A stretch of 64,000 nt of DNA from Desulfobacterales bacterium (GTDB lineage Bacteria > Desulfobacterota > Desulfobacteria > Desulfobacterales > UBA5852). Each line of letters starts with the position of its first letter. The first letter of the stretch is position 1. Location of the stretch: the NCBI GenBank assembly GCA_963674755.2, contig CAXXVS010000003.1, positions 1,952,001 through 2,016,000 of the forward strand, given 5' to 3'. The position numbers and the translations under genes were made by a program. Below are positions 30,301 through 40,122 of this stretch, piece after piece. The notes beneath the pieces are model-generated. The model was not told the DNA's origin. It saw only the letters and a program-made list of their open reading frames with translations, and did not search any database.

Positions 30301-31320
30301 ATGGAAGACAGGGCGGATATCATTGTTGTGGCCGACGCCGCCGGCGATCGTGTCGACCCGGTCATCTACGAAATGCTTGCCTTTGCCAGGCGTTTGCAGA
30401 CCCTGGCTATGGGCCGCATCCAGATTTGGCTGCTGGGCGAAGGGCCGCAAGACGCGGCCTGGGAAGTGGCCCGGCTTGGCGGAACCGACGTCACGGCCCT
30501 GTGCTGCCCGGGTCTGTCACGTTATCTGGGCGAGGCCTATCGGAGAATTCTGGAGCCGGCTCTCGCGGCGGCCGCGCCGCGCTATGTGGTCACCGTGCAT
30601 AGCTCCGGCGGCGCCGAGTGGGCCCCGGCCGTGGCGGCCCGTCTGGAGGCCGGCTGCATCAGCGGCGTGGACGGTTTGGGGACGCAAGACGGCTGCATCT
30701 GGTTTTCCAAGGATCGCTACGGCGGCAAAGTCAAAGGCCGCTTTGCCTCCAATTCCGCCCTCACCGTGCTGACCGTGCAGCCGGGCTGCTTCCCATTCGA
30801 GAACCCGCCCGAGGAGAACCGGGCGCCGGAAGCGGCGGCCGGCCGGGTGACCATCAAAACGATGGCCTGGCAGCCCGAGCAGACCCGCTTGACCGGTGTG
30901 ATACCGGCCGTTGCGAAGGCCGCCAATCTAAAGGACGCCCAGATCATCGTGGCCGCCGGCAACGGCATCGGCGAGGAAGAAAATCTCGAGTGGATTCACC
31001 GCCTGGCCGAAGGGCTGCCCAAAGCCATGGTGGCCGGGACCCGCATTGTCTGCGACCGGGGCTGGCTGGACTACGACCGGCAGGTGGGCGTCACCGGTGT
31101 TACCGTGGCCCCGGCGCTCTACATCGCCTGCGGGATATCGGGTGCTTCCCAGCACGTCATGGGCATGCGCGGGTCCGGCTTCGTCATCGCCATCAATACC
31201 GACCCCCAGGCGGCCATCTGTGCCGAGGCCGACGTCTGCATCGTGGAAGATCTCAAGACCTTCATTCCCATGGTGCTGGACGTTTACGAAAAACAGAAGG
31301 CGAAACAGAACGGAGCATAG
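30301..31320 (+). CDS. etfA: Electron transfer flavoprotein alpha subunit
   Basis: QVG.TG..V.P.LYIACGISGA.QH..GM, AIN.DP.A. Confidence 0.92.
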   Translation: MEDRADIIVVADAAGDRVDPVIYEMLAFARRLQTLAMGRIQIWLLGEGPQDAAWEVARLGGTDVTALCCPGLSRYLGEAYRRILEPALAAAAPRYVVTVHSSGGAEWAPAVAARLEAGCISGVDGLGTQDGCIWFSKDRYGGKVKGRFASNSALTVLTVQPGCFPFENPPEENRAPEAAAGRVTIKTMAWQPEQTRLTGVIPAVAKAANLKDAQIIVAAGNGIGEEENLEWIHRLAEGLPKAMVAGTRIVCDRGWLDYDRQVGVTGVTVAPALYIACGISGASQHVMGMRGSGFVIAINTDPQAAICAEADVCIVEDLKTFIPMVLDVYEKQKAKQNGA

Positions 31321-31324
31321 ACTT

Positions 31325-32080
31325 ATGGTCACATTCAATCTTGATAACAAGGTCGCTCTTATCACCGGCGCCAGCCGGGGCATTGGGGAATCCATTGCCA
31401 TGACGCTGGCCGAATACGGTGCCACCTGTATCCTGGCGAGCCGCAAGATCGAGGGGTTGCAGGCAGTGCAGCAGAAAATCGTGGACAAGGGCGGCCGCGC
31501 CGAAGCCCTGGCCTGCAACATGGGCGAACTCGACCAGATCGAGGCCCTTTTTGCCGAGATCAGAGACCGTTACGGACGACTGGATATCCTGGTGAACAAC
31601 GCGGCCACCAATCCCTATTTCGGCCCCCTGACAGGTGCTCCCGAATCAGCCTGGGACAAGACCCTGGCCGTGAATCTGAAGGGCCCCTTTTTCATGATCC
31701 AGCAGGCTGCCGCACTGATGGGCGAAAGCGGCGGGGCCATCGTGAACGTGGCCTCCATCAATGCCATAAGCCCGGCGCCCATGCAGGGCATCTACTCCAT
31801 CACCAAGGCCGGGGTGGTTGCCATGACCAAGGCCTACGCCAAAGAGTTGGCCTCTAAAAATATCAGGGTGAACGCCCTGTTGCCCGGGTTGACCGAAACC
31901 AAGTTCGCCGCGGCCCTGATCAGCAACGAGAAGATCTACAAGCACGTGCGGGGGATGATTCCGATGCAGCGGCATGCCCAGCCGGACGAGATGGCCGGGG
32001 CCGTGCTCTATCTGGTTTCCGATGCGGCCTCGTATACCACCGGGACAACCATCGTGTGTGATGGGGGGGTATTGGCCTGA
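31325..32080 (+). CDS. SDR oxidoreductase
   Basis: TGASRGIG, NNAATNP, YSITK. Confidence 0.92.
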   Translation: MVTFNLDNKVALITGASRGIGESIAMTLAEYGATCILASRKIEGLQAVQQKIVDKGGRAEALACNMGELDQIEALFAEIRDRYGRLDILVNNAATNPYFGPLTGAPESAWDKTLAVNLKGPFFMIQQAAALMGESGGAIVNVASINAISPAPMQGIYSITKAGVVAMTKAYAKELASKNIRVNALLPGLTETKFAAALISNEKIYKHVRGMIPMQRHAQPDEMAGAVLYLVSDAASYTTGTTIVCDGGVLA

Positions 32081-32177
32081 ATCGGTGTTGGGGGACGTAT
32101 CTTGGGTGACCAGCGTTTTCTCCTAAACGGATTTGTGGAGCAGTTGAACAAGCCATCAATATAAGAGGTGACGTCTT

Positions 32178-32963
32178 ATGAATATGGAAGCCAAAGTCGT
32201 CGTGGTGACCGGTGGGGCTGAGGGGATCGGGGCCGCGCTTTGCCGCCGGGCCGCCAGGGAAGGCGCCAAGGTGATGGTGGCCGATATCGATGCCCCGGGG
32301 GCCCAAGCCCTGGCGGATGAAATCGGCGGGGCCGCTTTTAAATGCGATGTGGCCCGGGAGGCGGAGGTGATCCGGCTGGTGCAGGAGACCGAAGAAAAGC
32401 TGGGGCCCATCGATTGCTTTTTTTCCAACGCCGGCATCATCGTCATGGGCGATCTGGACGTCACCAATGCCGACTGGCAGCGCATCTGGGAAATCAATGT
32501 CATGGCCCATGTCTATGCGGCCCGGGCCGTGGTTCCCGGCATGCTGGCGCGCGGCGGCGGCTGGTTCGTCTGCACGGCTTCGGCGGCCGGCCTGCTTAGC
32601 CAGATCGGCTCGGCCCCCTATTCCGTCACCAAGCATGCCGCTGTCGGCCTGGCGGAGAATTTGGCCATCACCTACGGTGACTTGGGCCTCAATGTGGCGG
32701 TGGTCTGCCCCCAGGCCGTGCGCACCCGCATGACGGCCCAGGGCGGCGGTGTGGCCGCCGTGGACGGCATGATGGCGGCCGAACAGGTGGCCGATTGCGT
32801 CATGGCGGCGTTGCAGGAGGGGCGCTTCATGGTGCTGCCCCACCCGGAGGTCAGGGACTACATGCAGCGCAAGACGTCCGACTACGATCGCTGGATTCTT
32901 GGCATGCAGCGCCTCAAAGGTCGCTTTCAGGCAGCGGCGCCCCCTGCCGGCGCCGAACCGTGA
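32178..32963 (+). CDS. SDR oxidoreductase
   Basis: TGGAEGIG, SNAG, YSVTKHA. Confidence 0.92.
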   Translation: MNMEAKVVVVTGGAEGIGAALCRRAAREGAKVMVADIDAPGAQALADEIGGAAFKCDVAREAEVIRLVQETEEKLGPIDCFFSNAGIIVMGDLDVTNADWQRIWEINVMAHVYAARAVVPGMLARGGGWFVCTASAAGLLSQIGSAPYSVTKHAAVGLAENLAITYGDLGLNVAVVCPQAVRTRMTAQGGGVAAVDGMMAAEQVADCVMAALQEGRFMVLPHPEVRDYMQRKTSDYDRWILGMQRLKGRFQAAAPPAGAEP

Positions 32964-33099
32964 TCTATGATTTTCAGGCGGCTGGATATGACGAATTAGG
33001 TTGCCTGCCGGCATCCGGACCGGATACCGGCCGCGGCCATTGATCGGCGGGGGCTCACCCGTCATCGTCCCACACACCCTATCTATCCCAGGAGGTTTC

Positions 33100-33864
33100 A
33101 TGGAACCGATACTCGTGGAGAAAAACGCGCATACCGCTGTGGTCACTATCAATCACCCCCCGGCCAATACCTGGAATCTGGCCACCATGGTGGCTTTCGA
33201 GGCCTGCCTGAACGACCTGGAAACGGACAGCGAGGTGCGCGTCATCATCCTTACCGGCGCCGGTGACCGTTGCTTTTCCGCCGGTTTCGACGTCAAGGAC
33301 GCGGCCAACGGCTCCAAGATCGGGGCCCTCGGGCGGCGTTTGTGGACGCGCCTCGACCGCTTGGCCAAACCGGTGATTGCCGCCATCAACGGGTTTGCCC
33401 TGGGCGGCGGATTGGAGCTGGCCCTGTCCTGCCATTTTCGCATCATGGCGGATGCGCCCAAGATCTTCATCGGGCTTACCGAATTGAATCTGGGCATCAT
33501 CCCCGGCTGGGGCGGCACCCAACGTCTGACCCAGGTGGTGGGCAAGGCCAAGGCCCTGGATATGATCCTTTTCAGCAAGACGGTCGGCGCCCAGGAGGCC
33601 CTGGCCAGCGGGCTGGTCAATCGGGTAACGACCCCTGACAAGCTGATGGAGGAGGCCCTGGCGTTTGCCGACCAACTGGCCCAGCGCCCGCCGATTGCCG
33701 TGGGCTGCGTCCTCAAAGCCATGTCCACCGGGATCTATGAAGGCCTGGACCGCGGTCTGGCGGTGGAAAGCGAGGGCAGCCGCACCGTGCAGGCCACGGA
33801 AGACTGCCTGGAGGGTTTTACCGCTTTCCTCGAGAAGCGTCCCCCGGTCTTCAAGGGCAAATGA
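33100..33864 (+). CDS. Enoyl-CoA hydratase
   Basis: FSAGFD, NGFALGGGLE, ELNLGIIPGWGGTQRL; GGAGG SD. Confidence 0.92.
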   Translation: MEPILVEKNAHTAVVTINHPPANTWNLATMVAFEACLNDLETDSEVRVIILTGAGDRCFSAGFDVKDAANGSKIGALGRRLWTRLDRLAKPVIAAINGFALGGGLELALSCHFRIMADAPKIFIGLTELNLGIIPGWGGTQRLTQVVGKAKALDMILFSKTVGAQEALASGLVNRVTTPDKLMEEALAFADQLAQRPPIAVGCVLKAMSTGIYEGLDRGLAVESEGSRTVQATEDCLEGFTAFLEKRPPVFKGK

Positions 33865-34116
33865 GACCGCCTCGCGGTGTCTCCGGCGCCATGGGGATGC
33901 AGGTGTCGCTTTCCTGTTCTGGCCGCTCGTGATTGAAGCCCCCGGCGACTGCGGTGCCACTATGGACGGGGGCCGGCGGCCGCTATCGGGGATGTTGTTT
34001 CCGCGCCGGATGCTAAGGTCGCGGCCAAGGTGATCCCGATCCCGATCCCGATAGCGATTTCGAGGACATCGACGCATTTTTAGGCCGGCATGATTTGCCA
34101 AGGAGGTTTTCCATCG

Positions 34117-35922
34117 ATGGCATCCAAATTCGTCAGCAAACGCAACCTGCACTTTATGCTCTACGAAGTTTTCGACGTCCTTTCCCTGACGCAATACCCC
34201 TATTACCAACAGCACAACAAAAAGGCCTTCGATCTCATTATCGATGCCAGCTTGAAGATGGCCAAGCAGCTGCTCTTCCCCCTTTTAGAGGAAATGGACC
34301 GTAAACCGCCGGAGTTGGAAAACGGCCACGTGAAAGTGCACCCTGCGGTCCGCACGGTTATGGAACAGTTCGGCGACGGCGGGTGGATCGCCGCCCAGTT
34401 CGCGGAGCGCTTCGACGGCGAACAGCTGCCGTACATGATCGCCGACTGCTGCCAGTTTGTCTTCTCCGCGGCCAACTACTCGGCCGTGACCTTCCCGGGA
34501 TTGACCGCCAAGGCGGCCCACCTGATCACTTCCTTCGGCAGCCAGGCCCAGATCGACACCTATGTGCCATCCATGCTGAGCGGTCGGTGGCAGGGCACCA
34601 TGGCGCTGACCGAACCCCAGGCCGGCAGTTCGCTGGCCGACATCACCACCAGCGCCGTGCCATTGGAGGGAGACGCCTATCTGATACACGGCCGGAAAAT
34701 TTTCATTTCAGCCGGCGACCACGACGGGGTCGACAATGTGGTGCATCTGATGCTGGCCAAGATCGAAGGGGCACCGGCCGGGGTCAAGGGCATTTCCCTC
34801 TTTATCGTGCCGCAGCAACGTCCCGACGGCCGCGGCGGCTTCGTGCCCAACGATGTCACCGTCTCCCAGATTTTTCATAAGATGGGGTACAAGGGCAGCC
34901 CCATAACGGAATTGAGCATCGGTGAAAAGAACGACTGCCGGGGGTATCTGGTGGGCGAACCCCACAAAGGGCTGGCCTATATGTTCCAAATGATGAACAG
35001 CGCCCGGCTCGGGGTCGGCGCCGGCGCGGCGGCCATTTCCACGGCCGCCTATTATGCGGCCCTCGAATACGCGCAATCGCGGCCCCAGGGACGCCTCCTC
35101 ACCGAAAAGAATCCGGCCGCCCCCCAGGTGCCGCTCATCGCCCACGCCGACGTGCGGCGCATGCTGCTGTTCCAGCGCTCCTTCGTCGAAGGCGCCCATG
35201 CCCTGCTGATGCAGTGCTGCCGGTATGCCGATGAAGAGATCGTCCTGGAAGGGGAGGCCAAGGAGCGGGTCTCCCTCCTGTTGGATCTCCTGACCCCGGT
35301 GGCCAAATCCTATCCTTCCGAGACCAGCATCCTTTCTACCAGCCTCGCGATCCAGTGCCTGGGGGGCTACGGCTATTGCGACGATTTCCCGGTGGAGCAA
35401 TACTTCCGGGACACCCGCATCCATCCTATCCACGAAGGCACCACCGGCATCCAGGGGATGGATCTTTTGGGCCGCAAGGTCCGAATGCAGGATGGCAAAG
35501 CATTCGCCCTCTTTGTGGACGAAGTGCAGGGAGCGATTACCGCGGGGCGGGCCCACGATGCCACGGCGCCCTTGGCCGACACGCTCCAGCGCGCCCTCGA
35601 GGAACTGGCGCAGGTCACCGCTGCCCTGCAAGCCCGTACGGCCGACCGGGGGATTGCCGTCTATTTGTCCGACGCCACGCTTTACCTGGAGTATTTCTCC
35701 CTGGTGGCCGTGGCCTGGCAATGGCTGCGGCAGGCGATTGCCGCTGCCAAGGGCCTGGCGGGCAAGCCTTCCAAAGCGGATGTCAACTTCTACAACGGCA
35801 AGTTTTTCAGTGCGCGCTACTTTTTTCAATACGAACTTCCGAAGACCAAGGGCCTGGTGACCCGACTGCTGGATACCGATACCGTGACCCTGGACATGGA
35901 TCCGGCTTTTTTTCAGGATTAG
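34117..35922 (+). CDS. Acyl-CoA dehydrogenase (about 600-aa class)
   Basis: GTMALTEPQAGS, KIFISAGDHD, GGYGY, IHEGTTGIQ. Confidence 0.93.
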   Translation: MASKFVSKRNLHFMLYEVFDVLSLTQYPYYQQHNKKAFDLIIDASLKMAKQLLFPLLEEMDRKPPELENGHVKVHPAVRTVMEQFGDGGWIAAQFAERFDGEQLPYMIADCCQFVFSAANYSAVTFPGLTAKAAHLITSFGSQAQIDTYVPSMLSGRWQGTMALTEPQAGSSLADITTSAVPLEGDAYLIHGRKIFISAGDHDGVDNVVHLMLAKIEGAPAGVKGISLFIVPQQRPDGRGGFVPNDVTVSQIFHKMGYKGSPITELSIGEKNDCRGYLVGEPHKGLAYMFQMMNSARLGVGAGAAAISTAAYYAALEYAQSRPQGRLLTEKNPAAPQVPLIAHADVRRMLLFQRSFVEGAHALLMQCCRYADEEIVLEGEAKERVSLLLDLLTPVAKSYPSETSILSTSLAIQCLGGYGYCDDFPVEQYFRDTRIHPIHEGTTGIQGMDLLGRKVRMQDGKAFALFVDEVQGAITAGRAHDATAPLADTLQRALEELAQVTAALQARTADRGIAVYLSDATLYLEYFSLVAVAWQWLRQAIAAAKGLAGKPSKADVNFYNGKFFSARYFFQYELPKTKGLVTRLLDTDTVTLDMDPAFFQD

Positions 35923-36060
35923 GACCGGCCGCGAAATGGGATGGCCGGCCAGCAGCTGGCGAATGGTTTTCGACCAGCCATTGGCGGACAGGGAATCCCG
36001 CCGGTTCGTCCGGAAAACCAACGATATTGAGTGAAACCCGAACGACCACAAGGAGAGACA

Positions 36061-37269
36061 ATGTCGCAAAGAGAAGTAGTTTTTGTGGATGGTGTGAGGA
36101 CCGCATTTGGCCGCATGGGCGGCACGATCCGTGATATCGGGGCCTCGCGGCTGGCCGGCATCGGTATCCGCGGCCTGGTGGCGAAAACCAAGATTGCGGA
36201 AAAGGGGAAAGTGGACTGCGTTTTTCTGGGTAGTGCCGCCCACTGTTCGCTGGCCTTCAATCCGGCCCGCTGGGCCACCCTGGATGCCGGCCTGGGCTAT
36301 GAAACCAGCGCCTCCTATGTGGAGATGCAGTGCGGTTCGGCCATCGACGCCGCCAACCACGCGGCCTGGAAAATCATGGCCGGGGCGGCCGATGTCATCA
36401 TTGCCGGCGGGATGGAGTCCTACAGCCAGATTCCGGCCCGTTTTTCCATGTCCACGCCGCCCTATCGCCTGATTCCGCCCATGCCCCTCAATATGACCCT
36501 TTCGCCGGTGGAGGAAGAACAGATCGGCATGGGGCTGACGGCGGAAAATTTGCAGGCCATGTACGCGATCCCCCGGGAGGCATCCGATGAATTCGCTTAC
36601 CACAGCCAGATGCGGGCCAAGACAGCCTGGGAAAAGGGCTATTTCGAAGGGGAGATCGTGCCCGTGGTGATCCCGGCCACCCGCAAGACACCGGAAATCG
36701 TCTTCGACAAGGACGAACATATCCGGGCGGATACGACCCTGGAAGGACTGGCCAAATTGCGGCCGGCTTTCAAAAAAGATGGCACGGTCACGGCCGGCAA
36801 TGCCTCGGGTCGTAATGACGGCGCCGCCTTTCTGCTTATGATGAGTGCCGCTAAAGCTGAGGAGCTGGGCTATACCCCCCTGGCCCGCTGGGTGGCCGGC
36901 GCCGACTACGGGGTGGACCCCAAGATCATGGGCATCGGACCGGCCCATGCGGTGGTCAAGGCGCTCAAACAGGCCGGGCTGACCCTGGCCGACATGGACG
37001 TTATGGAGTGCAACGAGGCCTTTGCCGTGCAGAACCTGGCGGTGATTAAGGAGCTCGAAAAGCAGACCGGCACCACCGTGGACATGAACAAGTGGAACCC
37101 CCTGGGGGGGGCCATCGCTTACGGCCATCCCAACGGCGCCTCCGGCGCCCGGGTCGGCATGTTCGCCATGCGGGAGTTGATCCGGCGGGGCGGGCGCTAC
37201 GGGTTTTTCAGCTCCTGCTGCGGCGGGGGGCTGGGGGTGGCGACGATCATCGAGAATTTGCAACAATAA
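36061..37269 (+). CDS. Thiolase
   Basis: MQCGS, NEAFA, GHPNGASG, CCGGG. Confidence 0.93.
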   Translation: MSQREVVFVDGVRTAFGRMGGTIRDIGASRLAGIGIRGLVAKTKIAEKGKVDCVFLGSAAHCSLAFNPARWATLDAGLGYETSASYVEMQCGSAIDAANHAAWKIMAGAADVIIAGGMESYSQIPARFSMSTPPYRLIPPMPLNMTLSPVEEEQIGMGLTAENLQAMYAIPREASDEFAYHSQMRAKTAWEKGYFEGEIVPVVIPATRKTPEIVFDKDEHIRADTTLEGLAKLRPAFKKDGTVTAGNASGRNDGAAFLLMMSAAKAEELGYTPLARWVAGADYGVDPKIMGIGPAHAVVKALKQAGLTLADMDVMECNEAFAVQNLAVIKELEKQTGTTVDMNKWNPLGGAIAYGHPNGASGARVGMFAMRELIRRGGRYGFFSSCCGGGLGVATIIENLQQ

Positions 37270-37329
37270 GTATGAGCAGGACAGATCCAATGCATAGCGC
37301 GCCAAGAGCCTATCGATCATCAATGGGCG

Positions 37330-37558
37330 TGTTCATTTTCTTCCACGTGGAAGAAAACGAACCAATCACGCCTCGGCGTGACAGGCTTCAGACGCCCGTG
37401 TCCCGCTTGATCCTGCGCGTCGTCGACACGGCCGGAGCACGCGCAAACTCGCCCCGCTTCGAGCGGGACTCAGACCCGCCTGCGGCAAGCCTTCGGCGGA
37501 CAGGCAGGCGCCGCGTCTTTTTCGCCCGCCGACGGGATGCTCGGCGCGGGACAAAGGG
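37330..37558. repeat. Family R2, copy 2 (with extra hairpin insert)
   Basis: Matches 2196-2396; extra CCGCCTGCGGCAAGCCTTCGGCGGACAGGC near 37476-37505. Confidence 0.9.
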
Positions 37559-37660
37559 AATTGGCATTAAAACCCAATTCATGATGTCGATTTGATTATG
37601 AAACCATAATGCTTCTGTTTTCAGGAGTCATTCGATTAACTATTTTGAGGAGCGAAGAAA

Positions 37661-38533
37661 ATGAATATCGACGATGTGAAAAGCATTTGCGTGGTGGGTG
37701 CCGGGAATATGGGGCACCAGATTTCGACCCTATGCGCCATTCAGGGGTTTACGACCACCTGCACCGATATCAGTGCCGAGGTGCTCGCCAAGGCGGAAGC
37801 CTTTGTGGACCAGTATCTGTCGGGCCGGGTGGCCAAGGGGCGTCTAAACGAGGAGCAGGCCAAGGCCGCCCGTGCGCGCATCCGCTTTACGTCCAACCTC
37901 GAAGAGGCGGCCGCCTCGGCCGATTACGTGATCGAAGCCGCCATCGAGGTGCTCGACATCAAACGCAAGGTCTTCACCGATCTGGATCGGATCGCCCCGG
38001 CGCATGCCATCCTGGCGACGAACAGCTCGGCCATCGTCAGCTCCCGGATCGCCGATGCCACCAAGCGCCCCGACAAGGTTGTCAACGTGCATTTCTTCAA
38101 CCCGGCCCTGGTGATGAAGCTTGTGGAAGTGGTCCAGGGACCGCACGTGTCCGATGAAACCGCTGCTATTTCGCTGGACCTGTGCAAGCGGCTCGACAAA
38201 GTGGCCGTGCACGTAAAAAAAGAGGTGGAAGGCTTTCTCCTCAACCGGATCTTCCGGGTCATCAACCAGGAAGCCAAATGGATGCTCGAGATGGGGGTGG
38301 CCTCCCACGAGGATATCGACAAGGCCTGCGTCTACGGCGCGGGGCACCCCATGGGGCCTTTCCGCCTGGAGGATCTCACCGGGATCGATCTGACCTATAC
38401 CATGTGCATGGAGCGCTTCAAGCGCACCGGCAATGAGGCCGATTATCCGTCACCCCAGACCGTGGCCCATTTCATGCGAGGGGAATATGGGCAGAAGACC
38501 GGCAAGGGCTGGTACGACTATTCGAAAAAATAG
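37661..38533 (+). CDS. 3-hydroxyacyl-CoA dehydrogenase
   Basis: GAGNMG, IEAAIE, TNSS, HFFNP, HPMGP, GQKTGKGWY. Confidence 0.93.
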   Translation: MNIDDVKSICVVGAGNMGHQISTLCAIQGFTTTCTDISAEVLAKAEAFVDQYLSGRVAKGRLNEEQAKAARARIRFTSNLEEAAASADYVIEAAIEVLDIKRKVFTDLDRIAPAHAILATNSSAIVSSRIADATKRPDKVVNVHFFNPALVMKLVEVVQGPHVSDETAAISLDLCKRLDKVAVHVKKEVEGFLLNRIFRVINQEAKWMLEMGVASHEDIDKACVYGAGHPMGPFRLEDLTGIDLTYTMCMERFKRTGNEADYPSPQTVAHFMRGEYGQKTGKGWYDYSKK

Positions 38534-38610
38534 ACGGATAGCGGAGGGGGTTGCCGCAAGATGGGGTGCGTTCGTCCATCTTTCGGTATAGGCGCTTTCC
38601 TTTTTGGAGG

Positions 38611-38690
38611 TTCGGTTGCGTTTCTTTCCTGTGCAAGAAACGCAACCGGAAGAAAAGACCCCTGTCACGTGACCCTTCGGGTTCGCCCGC
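38611..38690. repeat. R2-related palindromic element (distant)
   Basis: CGGTTGCGTTTCTT-tcctgtgc-AAGAAACGCAACCG hairpin with the same TTTCTT..AAGAAA..AACC architecture as the R2 5' end. Confidence 0.5.
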
Positions 38691-38810
38691 GTATCGAGTT
38701 GGCGGCCGGGTGCGCCGTCACTCCGGCAAAATCGTCGCCGCGGGGCCGGATCAGGCCCCATGCTGAACGCGTTCTTGCGCAAGACCTGTCTCGGGTTGTA
38801 ATATGCCCCT

Positions 38811-39818
38811 ATGACAACCATCCACCGGATACCCTGCCCGATACCGTTCCCGTTGAAAACGGTCAACTGCTACTATATCCATGACGCCTGTCCCACCTTG
38901 ATCGACAGCGGGGTCAACACTCCGGACAGCATGGAGTGCATCGAAGCCGGCATTCGTCAGGCGGGGGGCCGCCTGCAAGCCGTCCGGCGGGTGATCGTCA
39001 CCCACGCCCACACCGATCATGTGGGACTGGCCGGCCGCCTGGCAGACACCTCGGGCGCCGAGGTGTTTATCCACCGCCGGGACTATCCCAAATTCATCGG
39101 CACCGATATGCAGCAAAGCAGGGCCCATTTCCAGCGGTTTAGACAATTTCTCGATTTTTGCGGCGTTCCTGGACCCGAAGCGCAAGCCCAGGCCGATGCC
39201 TTCCGGGCGCGGGTAATGCATCTGGTCGTTCCCCTCAAGGCGCCTCAACTGCTGTCGGGCGGCGAGACGTTCGCCTTCGATGATTTTGAACTCCAAGTGG
39301 TCCACACCCCAGGGCATAGCGCCGGATCGATTTCGCTCCTCAATGCGGTCGACGGAACGTTATTTTCAGGCGATTTCCTGCTGGAGCACATCACACCGAA
39401 TCCGGTGGCGGAATTCAGTTCGCCGGAGGGGCAAAACGGCTACGGCAGCCTTGCCCGGTTCACGTCCAGCCTTCAATGGCTGGTGGCGCAGGATGTCGTT
39501 CAGGTTCTGCCCGGCCACGGTTCCGCTTTCGCCCATGCGCGGCAAAGGGGCGTCGCACTTCTGAACCATTTTGTGCGGCGCCGTAAACAGGTCATCCGCC
39601 TGATGGCCCGCGAACAAGCCGGACTGCCCGGGGATCACGGGGTAAACCTGTTGCAGCTGGTCCGGCACATGTTCCCCGGTCTCAAAGAGATGGCGGTGTT
39701 TCTGGGGCTTTCCGAAGCCTATGCCTACCTTCAACGCCTCGAATCCGAATCCTTGATTGATGCCTGGTGCGAGCAGGGCATCGGCCGCTATCGACTGAAG
39801 CAAGAAGCCCTTCCTTAA
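38811..39818 (+). CDS. MBL-fold metallo-hydrolase
   Basis: LIDSG, THAHTDHVG, TPGHS, SGD, LPGHG. Confidence 0.9.
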   Translation: MTTIHRIPCPIPFPLKTVNCYYIHDACPTLIDSGVNTPDSMECIEAGIRQAGGRLQAVRRVIVTHAHTDHVGLAGRLADTSGAEVFIHRRDYPKFIGTDMQQSRAHFQRFRQFLDFCGVPGPEAQAQADAFRARVMHLVVPLKAPQLLSGGETFAFDDFELQVVHTPGHSAGSISLLNAVDGTLFSGDFLLEHITPNPVAEFSSPEGQNGYGSLARFTSSLQWLVAQDVVQVLPGHGSAFAHARQRGVALLNHFVRRRKQVIRLMAREQAGLPGDHGVNLLQLVRHMFPGLKEMAVFLGLSEAYAYLQRLESESLIDAWCEQGIGRYRLKQEALP

Positions 39819-39994
39819 AGTCGTACGACCGCATAACGATTTTACAGTTTAATCTCCTTAAGTTACAAAAAAGTTTCATCAACTTTAACAAATAACAGTA
39901 TTGTAATTATAGACCGGCTTCCCTCCCTATCGCCGATTCGGCATATTATTAATGATGTAAGATGGTTAGCAATATAATCGGGCATTGCGCCGAC

Positions 39995-40010
39995 TGGCAC
40001 GGATGTTGAT
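39995..40010 (+). promoter_or_regulatory. Candidate sigma54 promoter of the nifA-like gene
   Basis: TGGCAC-GGATG-TTGAT; AT-rich upstream region with ACAGTATTGT at 39895-39904. Confidence 0.6.
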
Positions 40011-40122
40011 AGACTCCTTTCTTGAATCTTCCCCGGTCCTGTCGGGGCAAGCCCGGCGTTGCCGGCCATGGCGACAGGCCGAATGAACCGCAGGCGAAGA
40101 CACCTGGAAAGAAAATGCGCTA

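Noticed and set aside
29519..31320. ETF pair as FixAB feeding nitrogenase
   Set aside because: No fixC/fixX, and it is embedded in a beta-oxidation operon about 9 kb from nif.
34031..34062. Tandem CCCGAT hexamers
   Set aside because: Only about three units; probably a fragment of a common intergenic repeat with no supportable function.
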